From: a virus | Strand: one strand, 5' to 3' | IMG/VR virus record: IMGVR_UViG_3300045988_118650 | Length of the DNA stretch: 60,715 bases | Part shown: positions 1 to 8,012 of the stretch, in pieces | Layout of the letters: each line of letters starts with the position of its first letter | Numbering within the stretch: the stretch's first letter is position 1 | Program-made: the position numbers and the translations under genes | Notes under the pieces: generated by a model | The model's input: the letters and a program-made list of their open reading frames with translations, nothing else | Database searches by the model: none | Told to the model about the DNA's origin: nothing

Positions 1-141
1 TAAAAAGTCATGGCTTTCCAGCAGCTCGTCGTACACGCGGTTGATGTTGGCAATGGCGTGGACGCACTTGCCGTTGGGGTAGTCATCGTGCGTATGGCAG
101 TATGTTTCGTAGTCCTTGATGGTGCCAAGGATTTCATCAAA
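1..141. repeat. Terminal overlap, identical to 60575..60715
   Basis: Read directly: taaaaagtcatggctttccagc...ggatttcatcaaa occurs verbatim at both window ends. Confidence 0.95.
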
Positions 142-456
142 GTGTTCTTTGGTGTGGCGTCGGTCATGGAGCAGTTCATCGTTAAATCTTAGGATCTGCG
201 TTCTCCAAAGGCTGGCGGTCTGGGCGTCGTCCTTCTTGATATGCTCGTTCAGTTTCTGCCGCGTTTCGTTCTGGCATTCCTGCATGGTGTCCAGACGGGT
301 TGTGACGTCGGCGTTCATGCGGCTGCCCAAAAACTTCATAATGGCCGACCACGGGTTGATCTTGATAGGCGCGATCTCGACAAGGGACAGCAGGATGATG
401 ACAGCAGGCGTGACCATGACAGGCCCCCACGCTTCCCAGATGGCTTTCAGGCTCAT
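1..456 (-). CDS. Membrane-anchored lysis-module protein, 151 aa (N-terminal TM helix); stop codon lies across the junction at 60572..60574
   Basis: Own translation; absent from the ORF track because the stop is cut off by the window edge. ATG at 454-456 follows GGAGGTG. Sequence runs MSLKAIWEAWGPVMVTPAVIILLSLVEIAPI...NRVYDELLESHDFL. It sits directly upstream of the endolysin once the genome is circularised. Confidence 0.65.
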   Translation of the reverse strand, partial: MSLKAIWEAWGPVMVTPAVIILLSLVEIAPIKINPWSAIMKFLGSRMNADVTTRLDTMQECQNETRQKLNEHIKKDDAQTASLWRTQILRFNDELLHDRRHTKEHFDEILGTIKDYETYCHTHDDYPNGKCVHAIANINRVYDELLESHDFL

Positions 457-635
457 TTCAGTTCACCTCCCATCTGTTCGGATTTTGGCCGCAGGTCTGC
501 GCCACAGCCGCGCATACAGCAGTCCACCATCAGCACGCCGAATTCTGCGCGTTCTGTGGTCGTGTCCTCCCCTGCTTCTTCCAGCTTGTCCAGCAGGCTT
601 TCGCAGAGGTCAGGCCAGCTTTTGTGCTCTTGCAT
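453..635 (-). CDS. Hypothetical small protein (60 aa)
   Basis: ORF-track ORF. Its TGA overlaps the ATG of the next gene (ATGA). It overlaps the 3' end of the RT gene by 26 nt. No recognisable motif. Confidence 0.35.
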   Translation of the reverse strand: MQEHKSWPDLCESLLDKLEEAGEDTTTERAEFGVLMVDCCMRGCGADLRPKSEQMGGELK

Positions 636-1776
636 TGTGGTTTTCCTTCCAGATTCCGGCGTCGGGCTGTATGAGCTTTCCGTTCTTCTTCATGGTGTCA
701 AAGTAGATCAGGTTCAGGCGGCCGCGCAGGCTGGCGCTGTCGGTGTGGTCGATCAGGCCGTTTATGCTGGCTGTGCGGCGGTCAAAGTCCTGTTTGCTCA
801 TCTGCCCGGTGGCGTACAGTTCAGTGATCTTTCGGACTTCCCGCTTCAGGCGTCCCGTGGTGGACTTGCGGAGCTTCATGTGGGTGGCCCAGATGCGGAC
901 GCCCACAAACTCAATGCCCTGCCGGACGGGTCGGATGCAGGTCTTGTCGTTCAGATCGAGGTGTAATTCATCGTTCAAGAATGCTTCAATTTGGGCTTTC
1001 CAGCTGTGCAGGGTCTCTTTGTCCTTTGCCAGTATGATTACATCGTCCATGTATCGGATGTAGTAGTGGATGCCAAGGACGTGCTTTGCATACTGGTCAA
1101 GCTCGTTGAGGTATATGTTCGCAAAAAGCTGACTTGTAAGGTTGCCAATTGGCATACCGACGTCATAGAGCCAGTCCCCCGGCGGGGTGTCCTGCGGAGC
1201 CTTGCCGCGTGGCAGGCCAAACGCTTGTGCCCTGCTGTTGATGACCGTTTCCAAAAAGGCCATCAGCTGCGGGTCTTTGATGCGCTTTGACAGGATCTTG
1301 AGCAGCTTCTCATGGTTGACGCGGTAGAAAAATTTCGAGATGTCCAGCTTCAGGTAATACCAGTCGCCCGGCTTGCGGCTGACCTGCCGCACCCAGTATT
1401 GGAGCCTTTCGGCTGCCCGGTGGCTGCCCTTGCCTTTCCTGCAGGCGTAGCTGTCCTCAATGAACAGCTTGTCGTAGATGGGGTTCAGGTACTGGTACAA
1501 GCTCCATTGGACGATCCGGTCAGAATAGCCAAGTGCCATTACAAGCCGCTTTTTGGGAACATATACCCACAGCTTGCGGTACGGGCCAAGGATGTACGTC
1601 CCGCCCAGCATTTGCGCCTGAATTGCAAAAATGTTCCGTTCAAATTGTGCGGTAAAGGCCAGCACTTCGGCCCTGTACCGCTTTCCTTTGCGGGCATTGT
1701 GGTCGGCGTCGCAGAGATATTCAAACTCCGTGATGACCTCCCAAGCATTGTTGATCGTATTTATTTTTCGTGCCAT
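610..1776 (-). CDS. DGR reverse transcriptase
   Basis: RT motifs LDISKFFYRVNH, IGNLTSQLFANIYLNELD (the DGR-typical [I/L]GxxxSQ) and YIRYMDDVII (YMDD). The likely ATG is at 1774-1776; the track ORF extends to a TTG at 1824. Confidence 0.93.
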   Translation of the reverse strand: MARKINTINNAWEVITEFEYLCDADHNARKGKRYRAEVLAFTAQFERNIFAIQAQMLGGTYILGPYRKLWVYVPKKRLVMALGYSDRIVQWSLYQYLNPIYDKLFIEDSYACRKGKGSHRAAERLQYWVRQVSRKPGDWYYLKLDISKFFYRVNHEKLLKILSKRIKDPQLMAFLETVINSRAQAFGLPRGKAPQDTPPGDWLYDVGMPIGNLTSQLFANIYLNELDQYAKHVLGIHYYIRYMDDVIILAKDKETLHSWKAQIEAFLNDELHLDLNDKTCIRPVRQGIEFVGVRIWATHMKLRKSTTGRLKREVRKITELYATGQMSKQDFDRRTASINGLIDHTDSASLRGRLNLIYFDTMKKNGKLIQPDAGIWKENHNARAQKLA

Positions 1777-1950
1777 TGATTCACCGTCGCTGCGCGTGAC
1801 GTTCCCGCCTTCGCAGCAATACAAAATTCTTCCGGGTTGTCTGCCCGGAACGGTAAATAAGCTCCTTTAGACCCACACACCGACCGCAGCCCGTAGACTG
1901 CGGCCCTCATATCCGATGTGGTGTCACCGCACATAAAAGTGATAAGGTGT

Positions 1951-2068
1951 AAAGCGCAACGGCCCCCGATGTTCCAGTTCGTATCCGCGCGGGAATTGTT
2001 GAGGTTCAAGTTGAACACGCCAGCGTTGCTGCCATTGTTCCAGTTGCCGCCCCGATTCGGGCACCGCT
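1951..2068 (-). repeat. DGR template repeat (TR)
   Basis: 118 bp aligning without gaps to 2646..2763 with 10 mismatches. Every mismatch is a T on the plus strand, which is an A on the coding/minus strand of the TR. The TR carries 11 AAY codons. Confidence 0.92.
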
Positions 2069-2104
2069 ATATCTAGCCTATCCCCGTATATGAAAAGCGG
2101 CAGG

Positions 2105-2533
2105 TTATTTCAGCGTCTTTAGATAGCCGCCAAGCAACTTGCCGATTTCATCGTTGTATTTCGCCCAGACTGCGTATTGGTGCATATTGAGCGGTGGCGG
2201 GTATTTGCCCCCGTGTAACTTTTTGTTCGCCGCCAGCCGCACAAAGCCGCGCAATGCGTCGAGCTTGTCGTCCAGATTGTTTGCCGTGGTTTTCCTCATG
2301 TGCCGGTTGTCGATCTGGATAGAGAGTTCATAGAGGTCTGTCATAAGCTCTTTGAGCTTGTCAGCCAAGGCCCGGTCTTTTCGCGGGAATTGCGTTACAG
2401 GCTCCCAAGCATAGAGTATCATTTCCTCGATTCTCTCCCGCAGATGGAACGGCTCATATTCTTTACCATCGCATTCTTCGGGCTGCTCCTGCTGGGGCGG
2501 CACTTCGGTTTTTAGCACAGTCAACACCTCCAA
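2105..2533 (-). CDS. avd: DGR accessory variability determinant (Avd-like four-helix-bundle protein)
   Basis: About 140 aa, basic and helical (..WEPVTQFPRKDRALADKLKELMTDLYELSIQ..LDALRGFVRLAANKK..), located between target and TR. The start is ambiguous: TTG at 2533, or GTG at 2518 which lies 8 nt after GGAGG. Confidence 0.8.
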   Translation of the reverse strand: MEVLTVLKTEVPPQQEQPEECDGKEYEPFHLRERIEEMILYAWEPVTQFPRKDRALADKLKELMTDLYELSIQIDNRHMRKTTANNLDDKLDALRGFVRLAANKKLHGGKYPPPLNMHQYAVWAKYNDEIGKLLGGYLKTLK

Positions 2534-2589
2534 ATAAAAGTCAGCGCGGCGGCCCTCTGGCCCACCGCGCCTTTGGGTTATTTGCTTTT

Positions 2590-2611
2590 GGCCCGCGCTC
2601 CCGCGCAGGCC
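2590..2611 (-). promoter_or_regulatory. GC-rich hairpin downstream of VR (9-bp stem, GGGA loop)
   Basis: Minus strand reads GGCCTGCGC-GGGA-GCGCGGGCC, starting 9 nt after the target stop codon. Confidence 0.55.
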
Positions 2612-2620
2612 GTCAGCTTA

Positions 2621-3727
2621 TCAGGCTTCAGCGGGCAGCTCAACAAAAGCGCAACGGCCCCCGATGCTCCAGTTCGTATCCGCGCGGGAATTGCTGAGGC
2701 TCAAGTAGAACACGCCAGCGTAGCTGCCATTGCCCCAGCTGCCGCCCCGAAACGGGCACCGCTCCTCCGCGCCGTTGTTGAACCAGAAATAATCATTGCC
2801 GTAGGTAGCATCGATGCCGTCGCCGGTCAGAGCGGTGTCCGGCATGAGAGCCAGAGACATCAGCAGCAGCTTTGCGGCGTCGCTCACGCCGGAACCTGCG
2901 GTGATGTCCTTGAACAAGCAGCCGCGACCCTCGTCCTTCTGGTCTGCAATGGTGGTATCCCATACCGCCTTGCCGCTCACGACGTTCAGCTTGATGCTGC
3001 CCTCGGTGGTGCCGTTGCCGTCCGGGGTGATCAGGCTGCCGTCGCTGGCCTTGATCGCTTTCCATGCGCTGCCGGATGCTGCATAGGAGACGGTGTTATC
3101 TGCGGAGTTGTTGTCGAGGATGACCTGCAGCTCGCCCTTATACAGGCGCAGACCCAGCACCCACTCCCAGACGTTGCCGCTCATGTCAAACGCGCCGTTC
3201 ATCTTGCCGTTGTGGCTGTAAGTGACGGGGCCGGTGCCGGTGAGGATGCGGGCGGTCTTGCCGCTATCCTGAACGCCGGGTGCCGGGATGCCGACATAAT
3301 CGGTCTCGCTGGCATCCTTGCCATAGTTATTGTTGCCGCGCGGCTCACAGCCGTGCTTGTGGCACCAGAGGGCGACGGCGGCCCACTCTGCATTGGTCAC
3401 TTCGTGCCAGCCCTTGCCCTTTGCCACGCAGGATGCAGCGAAAGAATCATAAGTGCGGCTGGTTGCAGGATCCTCGGCGGGCAGGCTGTAAGAGCGGCCA
3501 CCATAGACAGTGCTCTGGTACTTGCCCAGCCAGAAACCAGCGATCTGCTTGCCGTTGACGCGGAAAGCGGGGTGAATATCGGTGCTCTTGGTGGAGAGGA
3601 CGTCACAGAGCCGGAAAGCCGGAATCCAGACGTGCAGGGACGGCTGATCGACGTCGTCCATCATCAGCTTGTTATCAGGGAAAGCGCACTTGACCGCGAA
3701 AGCGGCAGCGTCGAAATTGTTTGCCAT
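2621..3727 (-). CDS. DGR variable target protein, FGE-sulfatase/C-type-lectin-fold receptor-binding (tail fibre) protein
   Basis: Motifs GKYQS, NAEWAAVALWCHKHG and GNVWEWV. The C-terminus GGSWGNGSYAGVFYLSLSNSRADTNWSIGGRCAF is encoded by the VR. It is the last gene of the tail-fibre block. Confidence 0.9.
   Translation of the reverse strand: MANNFDAAAFAVKCAFPDNKLMMDDVDQPSLHVWIPAFRLCDVLSTKSTDIHPAFRVNGKQIAGFWLGKYQSTVYGGRSYSLPAEDPATSRTYDSFAASCVAKGKGWHEVTNAEWAAVALWCHKHGCEPRGNNNYGKDASETDYVGIPAPGVQDSGKTARILTGTGPVTYSHNGKMNGAFDMSGNVWEWVLGLRLYKGELQVILDNNSADNTVSYAASGSAWKAIKASDGSLITPDGNGTTEGSIKLNVVSGKAVWDTTIADQKDEGRGCLFKDITAGSGVSDAAKLLLMSLALMPDTALTGDGIDATYGNDYFWFNNGAEERCPFRGGSWGNGSYAGVFYLSLSNSRADTNWSIGGRCAFVELPAEA
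2646..2763 (-). repeat. DGR variable repeat (VR)
   Basis: Counterpart of the TR. TR codons AAT/AAC appear in the VR as TTT, AGC, GGC, TAC, TAC, AGC, AGC, AGC. The VR ends 25 nt before the stop codon. Confidence 0.92.
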
Positions 3728-3741
3728 ATCTCATATCCTCC

Positions 3742-4161
3742 TTACAGGATGCTTTCAAAATCTTCGATGCTCCACAGGCGCAGGATGACCTTTTCGGTGT
3801 CCAGCGGCAGGGTGCGGCGCTCGATGTGGGTGATGGGCGGGGTCTGCTCGCCCTGTGCTGCATCGGTCTGCGGGTCGGTTTCCTCGACGGCGGCGGTCAT
3901 GGCGTCGCTCTGGGCGGGGCCTTCGACCTCGACTTCCTCGTACTCATAGCCGGGGATCTCGACCTGCGCGACGTAGTACAGGCCGTTATCACTGTCAACG
4001 GCAAGGTTGCCCTGTGCGTTGGCGGTGATGGTTGCGGTTACGGTGTCCTCCTTCTGGTACTTTGCAAGGTTCATGACAAGGGTGCTGTCGGCAAAGTCCA
4101 GCTTGGTGCCGCGCAGCTCATACTCGATCTTGCGGCCAGTGTTCAGTTCTTCGATCTTCAT
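3742..4161 (-). CDS. Hypothetical tail-fibre-associated protein
   Basis: 139-aa ORF tightly packed between the fibre gene and the DGR target. Acidic C-terminal half. Confidence 0.6.
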   Translation of the reverse strand: MKIEELNTGRKIEYELRGTKLDFADSTLVMNLAKYQKEDTVTATITANAQGNLAVDSDNGLYYVAQVEIPGYEYEEVEVEGPAQSDAMTAAVEETDPQTDAAQGEQTPPITHIERRTLPLDTEKVILRLWSIEDFESIL

Positions 4162-4751
4162 TACTTGGTACCTCCCGTTACTTTGATGATAACGACAACG
4201 GATTTTGCGCTGCCGTCGTGCCGGAGCTTAAAGCCGTTGGCCAGCTTGTCCTTGACGATGATGTCGCCCAGCGTACCGCCCGTGTAGCTCTTGACGTAGA
4301 CGTCCACGTCGTAGTTGGTGTTCTTGCGGGTGGTGGAGAGCGCCACAGCGGTGTCCTTGATGCAGAACGGCCATGCGTCCGTGCCAGCGGTCAGCGTGAC
4401 CTGCTTGACCTCGGCTGCGGTGTCCTTTTCCAGCGCGGTCAGGCGGGTGTCCTGCTGGGTGTTCAGGGTCTTGATGGCAGAGATATCGGCTTCATGGTTG
4501 TCACCACGATTCTCCATCCTGTCCAGACGGCGGCCATGCCACTGGATGATGGTCTGTGCGATCTTGACCGCGATGTTGGTATCATGCAGGCCAACTTCCA
4601 TGCGGTTGAAGTTGGCGGCGCTCATGTTGGTGCCCTGCTGGACGACCTTGCCTGCGCGGGTCATGGTGTAGGTACCATCGTCGTTTTTGGTCAGGTTGTA
4701 GACGTTGGACGGGGTGACAGCGTGATCTTTCCAGAGTAAAAAGTTAAACAT
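4161..4751 (-). CDS. Putative tail fibre protein
   Basis: N-terminal GTNMSAANFNRMEVGL motif typical of phage fibre N-termini, then a coiled-coil-like segment. Position follows the baseplate genes. Confidence 0.6.
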   Translation of the reverse strand: MFNFLLWKDHAVTPSNVYNLTKNDDGTYTMTRAGKVVQQGTNMSAANFNRMEVGLHDTNIAVKIAQTIIQWHGRRLDRMENRGDNHEADISAIKTLNTQQDTRLTALEKDTAAEVKQVTLTAGTDAWPFCIKDTAVALSTTRKNTNYDVDVYVKSYTGGTLGDIIVKDKLANGFKLRHDGSAKSVVVIIKVTGGTK

Positions 4752-4771
4752 AGATTTTCACCTCCTTTCGG

Positions 4772-5077
4772 TTAGACCAGCTCATACAGAGGAAATTCCC
4801 AGAGGGTAATAACGCCCTGTGTGCTGTTTTTGATAAGGTTCTCGCTGATCTGGCCAGCGATTTCGCCGTCGGAATCGACGATGCGAACAGCGGTGATGGT
4901 GAGGGTCGCGCTATCCTGCGTCTGGCAGACGACTTTCAGGGCGTTGCCCTCGATGGCTTTGGACGTGATCATGGCGTCATACCAGACGCCCCCGGCGTAA
5001 TACTGGATTTTAGCAACACGCCGCAGCCAGTTGTTGCGGATTTTGTTCAGAAAGTTTTCATTCCAGAATAAAGCCAT
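4772..5077 (-). CDS. Hypothetical tail/baseplate-associated protein
   Basis: 101-aa ORF with an RBS, lying in the tail module. Confidence 0.6.
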   Translation of the reverse strand: MALFWNENFLNKIRNNWLRRVAKIQYYAGGVWYDAMITSKAIEGNALKVVCQTQDSATLTITAVRIVDSDGEIAGQISENLIKNSTQGVITLWEFPLYELV

Positions 5078-5091
5078 ATAGAGTTACCTCC

Positions 5092-6039
5092 TTAACTTTG
5101 AGATGCGAAATCCTGCCCACAAAGCGGGTAAGTTTCCGCGCATTCGGTGACGGTGTAGCCGACGCCCGTAACGACGCGGGCGGCATTGCCCAGCATGGCA
5201 GGCTCCGGGGTCTGCCCGGTGGGCATATCGGCTTCTGCTGTGATGGGGTATTCGGTAAGGTGGGGCGTGTGGGCGGTCTGCGTGACCGTCGCCCGGTGGA
5301 TGTAGGCGGCAAGGGATGCGGGTTCCGGGTTCGTGCCTGTGGGGTTGTCCACGTCGGCGGCCTGTTTGTAGTCCGTGATGACGGGCAGACGGTTCGTTTC
5401 CGTGACGGTCTCGGCGATGTAGTATGCGCCTTTGGTCGAGACGTCCGGCTTTGTGCCTGTGAGGTCGTAATCAAAAACGTAGTTGGTTTTTCTGGTCTTG
5501 ACGACGACGGCCCGTTTGTAGGTGACAATGGGCGTATAGGCAATGTGCGCCGGAATCTTGCGGGAGAGCAGCTCCAGAATATCGCTCATGTAGAGGGTGA
5601 CTTCATCGCCGCGCTCGAAATTGATGTACAGCATATTGTTGCCTGCTGCATCGAACGGCTCAAATTTGACCTCAACGCCTGCGTTGGTGTAGGCGTTTAT
5701 CATCTCTTTCAGCAGGGTGGCAGAGACCCGGCCAAAGCCTGCAAAAAAGGATTTGATAAGGCGGCGGCGCTCGTCCAGCGTTCTGGTCTTGTCGAGGTTG
5801 ATACTCAAAAAGATCTCCATCTGCCGGACTGCGGCTTCGTCCATGAAGTCGATAAAGGCGTTATTATAGACCTGCTCAATCGCATCTTGGGTACCGTCCA
5901 GCAGCTTGCCGTTGGCTTTGAGGATGGCGTTCATCTCCCGGACTTCGCGGTAGTAGCGCGGGTAGTAGGAGATCAGCTCTTCATAGCAGTCGGCAAAATC
6001 TCGGCTGTAAAACTGCTTGCGGTCGATGGTGCGTTTCAT
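5092..6039 (-). CDS. XkdU/YmfQ-like (DUF2313) baseplate/tail protein
   Basis: N-terminus FYSRDFADCYEELISYYPRYYREVREMNAILKANGKLLD resembles DUF2313. It follows the baseplate J gene. Confidence 0.75.
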   Translation of the reverse strand: MKRTIDRKQFYSRDFADCYEELISYYPRYYREVREMNAILKANGKLLDGTQDAIEQVYNNAFIDFMDEAAVRQMEIFLSINLDKTRTLDERRRLIKSFFAGFGRVSATLLKEMINAYTNAGVEVKFEPFDAAGNNMLYINFERGDEVTLYMSDILELLSRKIPAHIAYTPIVTYKRAVVVKTRKTNYVFDYDLTGTKPDVSTKGAYYIAETVTETNRLPVITDYKQAADVDNPTGTNPEPASLAAYIHRATVTQTAHTPHLTEYPITAEADMPTGQTPEPAMLGNAARVVTGVGYTVTECAETYPLCGQDFASQS

Positions 6040-7151
6040 GTGGTCAGCTTCACCTCCCCGGTCACGGGGATGTAATCAGCCCCCGGCTTGATGTTCTCGG
6101 TGCCGCCGTTGATGGTCAGGTTCTTGTAGTCCACCACGCTGTCCATTTCGATGATGATAGCGCCGATGCGGGCGGCGCGGATGACCACATCTTCGGCGGC
6201 TGCCGTTGTCAAGACGGTCTCTTTGAGGTAGGCGTCAATGGCAGTCCTCGCCTGCTCCTGCACCTCCTGCGGGGTGAATCCGCTGGCAAGGTCGGCTTGG
6301 AAAGCGACGTCGATTTTTGTTTCGCGGGCAGAAACGGCGGTGAAGTGTGCGCCAAGGTTTGCGACGCCCTCGCCCAGACCGTCGCCGACGGTGTAGGTGT
6401 AGCCGTCCACGTTGGCGGTGTAGCCTTTGGTGGCGGGGTCGATGTACTTCTGGACTTCTGCCACCTTCTCGCTGGAGCAGGCGCGGCCAGATGAATCAAT
6501 CAGCACCGCCTTGACCGTGTTCGGGCCGTTCCACAGCGGATAGATGCGGGCATGACCGATGCCGTCAATGGATTCGCACCACGTTTTGTAATGCTGCTTG
6601 TTTCCGTTCTCGGCAGGGCCAGCTATTTTTTCCTGCACACGGGTACGCAGGCTCTCGTCGCTTTCGCGGTCAGTGCCGTTTTCGTAGATCTCGCCGAATT
6701 TGGAATTCTTCATACCGTCGATCTCGTTCACCGGGATGGCGGCGGTGCCCTCGTAGATGGTGTTGCCAGCTTCGCCGGGGACTTCCGCTTCGAGGTAGTA
6801 CTCCCCTTCCAGCGTGTTGTAGTGCAGGACAAAATACATACCGTTGTTGTAGTATCTCGCCCCGGTTTCCGGCGTTGTGCCCTCGTAGGTAAAGCGGTAC
6901 TTCGCCGGGGTCGCTGCATGGCGGGTCATGCCGTACTCGTTGGCCTTGTCGTCCAGATCGTCCCCGGTAGCGGTGGAGATGGAAACAAGCTTGCGGGCAA
7001 TGTCGATATCCGCGTAGAGCTTGGCGATTTTCAGGCAGGTGCCCGAAACGGCGTCGTAGAATATAGACCCCTGCCGGGTGTCGATTCCGGCAGCGTCCGC
7101 ATCGCTCAAAACCTCCTGCATGAGGTTTTCAAAGGTTCTGTCTTCAAACAA
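6036..7151 (-). CDS. Baseplate J-like protein (XkdT-like)
   Basis: 371 aa. The pattern MFEDRTFENLMQEVL..GIDTRQGSIFYDA is typical of the baseplate J family. Synteny matches PBSX. Confidence 0.85.
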   Translation of the reverse strand: MFEDRTFENLMQEVLSDADAAGIDTRQGSIFYDAVSGTCLKIAKLYADIDIARKLVSISTATGDDLDDKANEYGMTRHAATPAKYRFTYEGTTPETGARYYNNGMYFVLHYNTLEGEYYLEAEVPGEAGNTIYEGTAAIPVNEIDGMKNSKFGEIYENGTDRESDESLRTRVQEKIAGPAENGNKQHYKTWCESIDGIGHARIYPLWNGPNTVKAVLIDSSGRACSSEKVAEVQKYIDPATKGYTANVDGYTYTVGDGLGEGVANLGAHFTAVSARETKIDVAFQADLASGFTPQEVQEQARTAIDAYLKETVLTTAAAEDVVIRAARIGAIIIEMDSVVDYKNLTINGGTENIKPGADYIPVTGEVKLTT

Positions 7152-7556
7152 TTAGATCACCTCCTCCACTTCAATTTCTCCGTAGATGGTGTCAGCGGTA
7201 AATTCGATGTGCGCCTGATCTTTGTCAAACGTAATGGTGAAGTCGTGACATTCGAGGATGCGGCTATCCGGGGCCAGTGCATCTTTGACAAAGCCCTCGA
7301 TGACGGACTCTGCATATTCGCGGCTGGCGTCCTTTGCGATTACGGCGTCCTCGATCTCGCTGCCGTACTGGTTATCATAGATCAGGCACTTGAAACGCGG
7401 GGTAATGATGGCTTTTCGGATGGCCTGCTGTACGGCTTCGAGGTTGTCCACAAAGCCGACGATCCTCCCCGCGTCAAGGTCAAGGCGGTATGTGCGGGAC
7501 GGCTTTTCCTGCGCGTCCTGCACCTCCGCTATGCCAATAGGGATGTATACGGCCAT
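7152..7556 (-). CDS. XkdS-like (DUF2634) baseplate protein
   Basis: PSRTYRLDLDAGRIVGFVDNLEAVQQAIRKAIITPRF pattern; synteny. Confidence 0.75.
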   Translation of the reverse strand: MAVYIPIGIAEVQDAQEKPSRTYRLDLDAGRIVGFVDNLEAVQQAIRKAIITPRFKCLIYDNQYGSEIEDAVIAKDASREYAESVIEGFVKDALAPDSRILECHDFTITFDKDQAHIEFTADTIYGEIEVEEVI

Positions 7557-7557
7557 A

Positions 7558-8010
7558 TCAAATATCCTTTCCTGCTACCTGCCCGGCGACGCGGTCAAGG
7601 ACATAATAGACCTTGCCGTTGTTGAGCGACAGCAGATAGACGATATCATTCTTTTGCAGATGGTTGTAGACCTTCAGGGTCATCTTATAGGCGTTGAGCT
7701 TTTCAACGTAGTGCTTGTGCTTGACGTTGGTCGTCGGACCGCCCCGGCTGTCGTTGTGGATGTGGCCGCCGTCCATTTTGGTATAGGTTTCGTCGCGCAG
7801 CTCGCCCTTGTCGCCCATGGTATAGTCCGCGTGGGTTGTGTAGTCCGTGAGGTGCCACGGCACAACAAGCTGGTTGCCGGAGATAATGAGCTTGCTGTCG
7901 TTGACGGCGGTGATCTCCAGCGGGTCATCCTTGGTTACGGTACCCTGCAGGATGGTGGAGCCGACCGGAATCATCCCCTGAAAGAGCTGCTTCAAGCTGG
8001 TTTCGTTCAT
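7558..8010 (-). CDS. XkdR-like (DUF2577) baseplate protein
   Basis: 150 aa; synteny between the XkdQ-like and XkdS-like genes. Confidence 0.7.
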   Translation of the reverse strand: MNETSLKQLFQGMIPVGSTILQGTVTKDDPLEITAVNDSKLIISGNQLVVPWHLTDYTTHADYTMGDKGELRDETYTKMDGGHIHNDSRGGPTTNVKHKHYVEKLNAYKMTLKVYNHLQKNDIVYLLSLNNGKVYYVLDRVAGQVAGKDI

Positions 8011-8012
8011 GG

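Larger units (their letters stand above)
610..3727 (-). mobile_element. Diversity-generating retroelement cassette (target/VR - avd - TR - RT)
   Basis: 118-bp TR/VR pair with adenine-only mismatches, an Avd-like four-helix protein and a DGR-type reverse transcriptase in the canonical order. Confidence 0.92.

Noticed and set aside
1-141. The 141-bp terminal repeat considered as a biological direct terminal repeat or attL/attR pair.
   Set aside because: A gene reads seamlessly across the joined ends, both flanks are phage DNA, and the length matches a common assembler k-mer. It is most simply a circular-contig overlap. Real termini need read-level data.
610-1824. The reverse transcriptase considered as a retron or group II intron RT.
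   Set aside because: A TR/VR pair with adenine-specific differences, an adjacent Avd-like gene and the IGNLTSQ motif point to a DGR. No intron RNA domains, maturase/endonuclease extension or msr/msd-like inverted repeats were seen.
1761-2018. 85-aa minus-strand ORF (MFNLNLNNSRADTNWNIGGRCAL...).
   Set aside because: It is the DGR template repeat read in the VR frame and runs on into the RT upstream region. It is a non-coding template, not a gene.
2573-3949. Long plus-strand ORFs antisense to the structural genes. Examples: 2573-3949, 6552-7625, 10209-11243, 11340-12515, 15473-17080, 20483-21706, 24007-25188, 26851-27999, 33253-34965, 42062-43078, 59781-60656.
   Set aside because: Their translations are Ala/Gly/Arg/Val/Leu-rich low-complexity strings with no motifs or RBS. 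Each is the mirror of a minus-strand gene with clear homology patterns. They are typical shadow ORFs of GC-rich coding DNA.
5058-5543. 161-aa Pro/Thr/Arg-rich minus-strand ORF.
   Set aside because: It is an alternative frame inside the XkdU-like gene, with low-complexity composition and no RBS.
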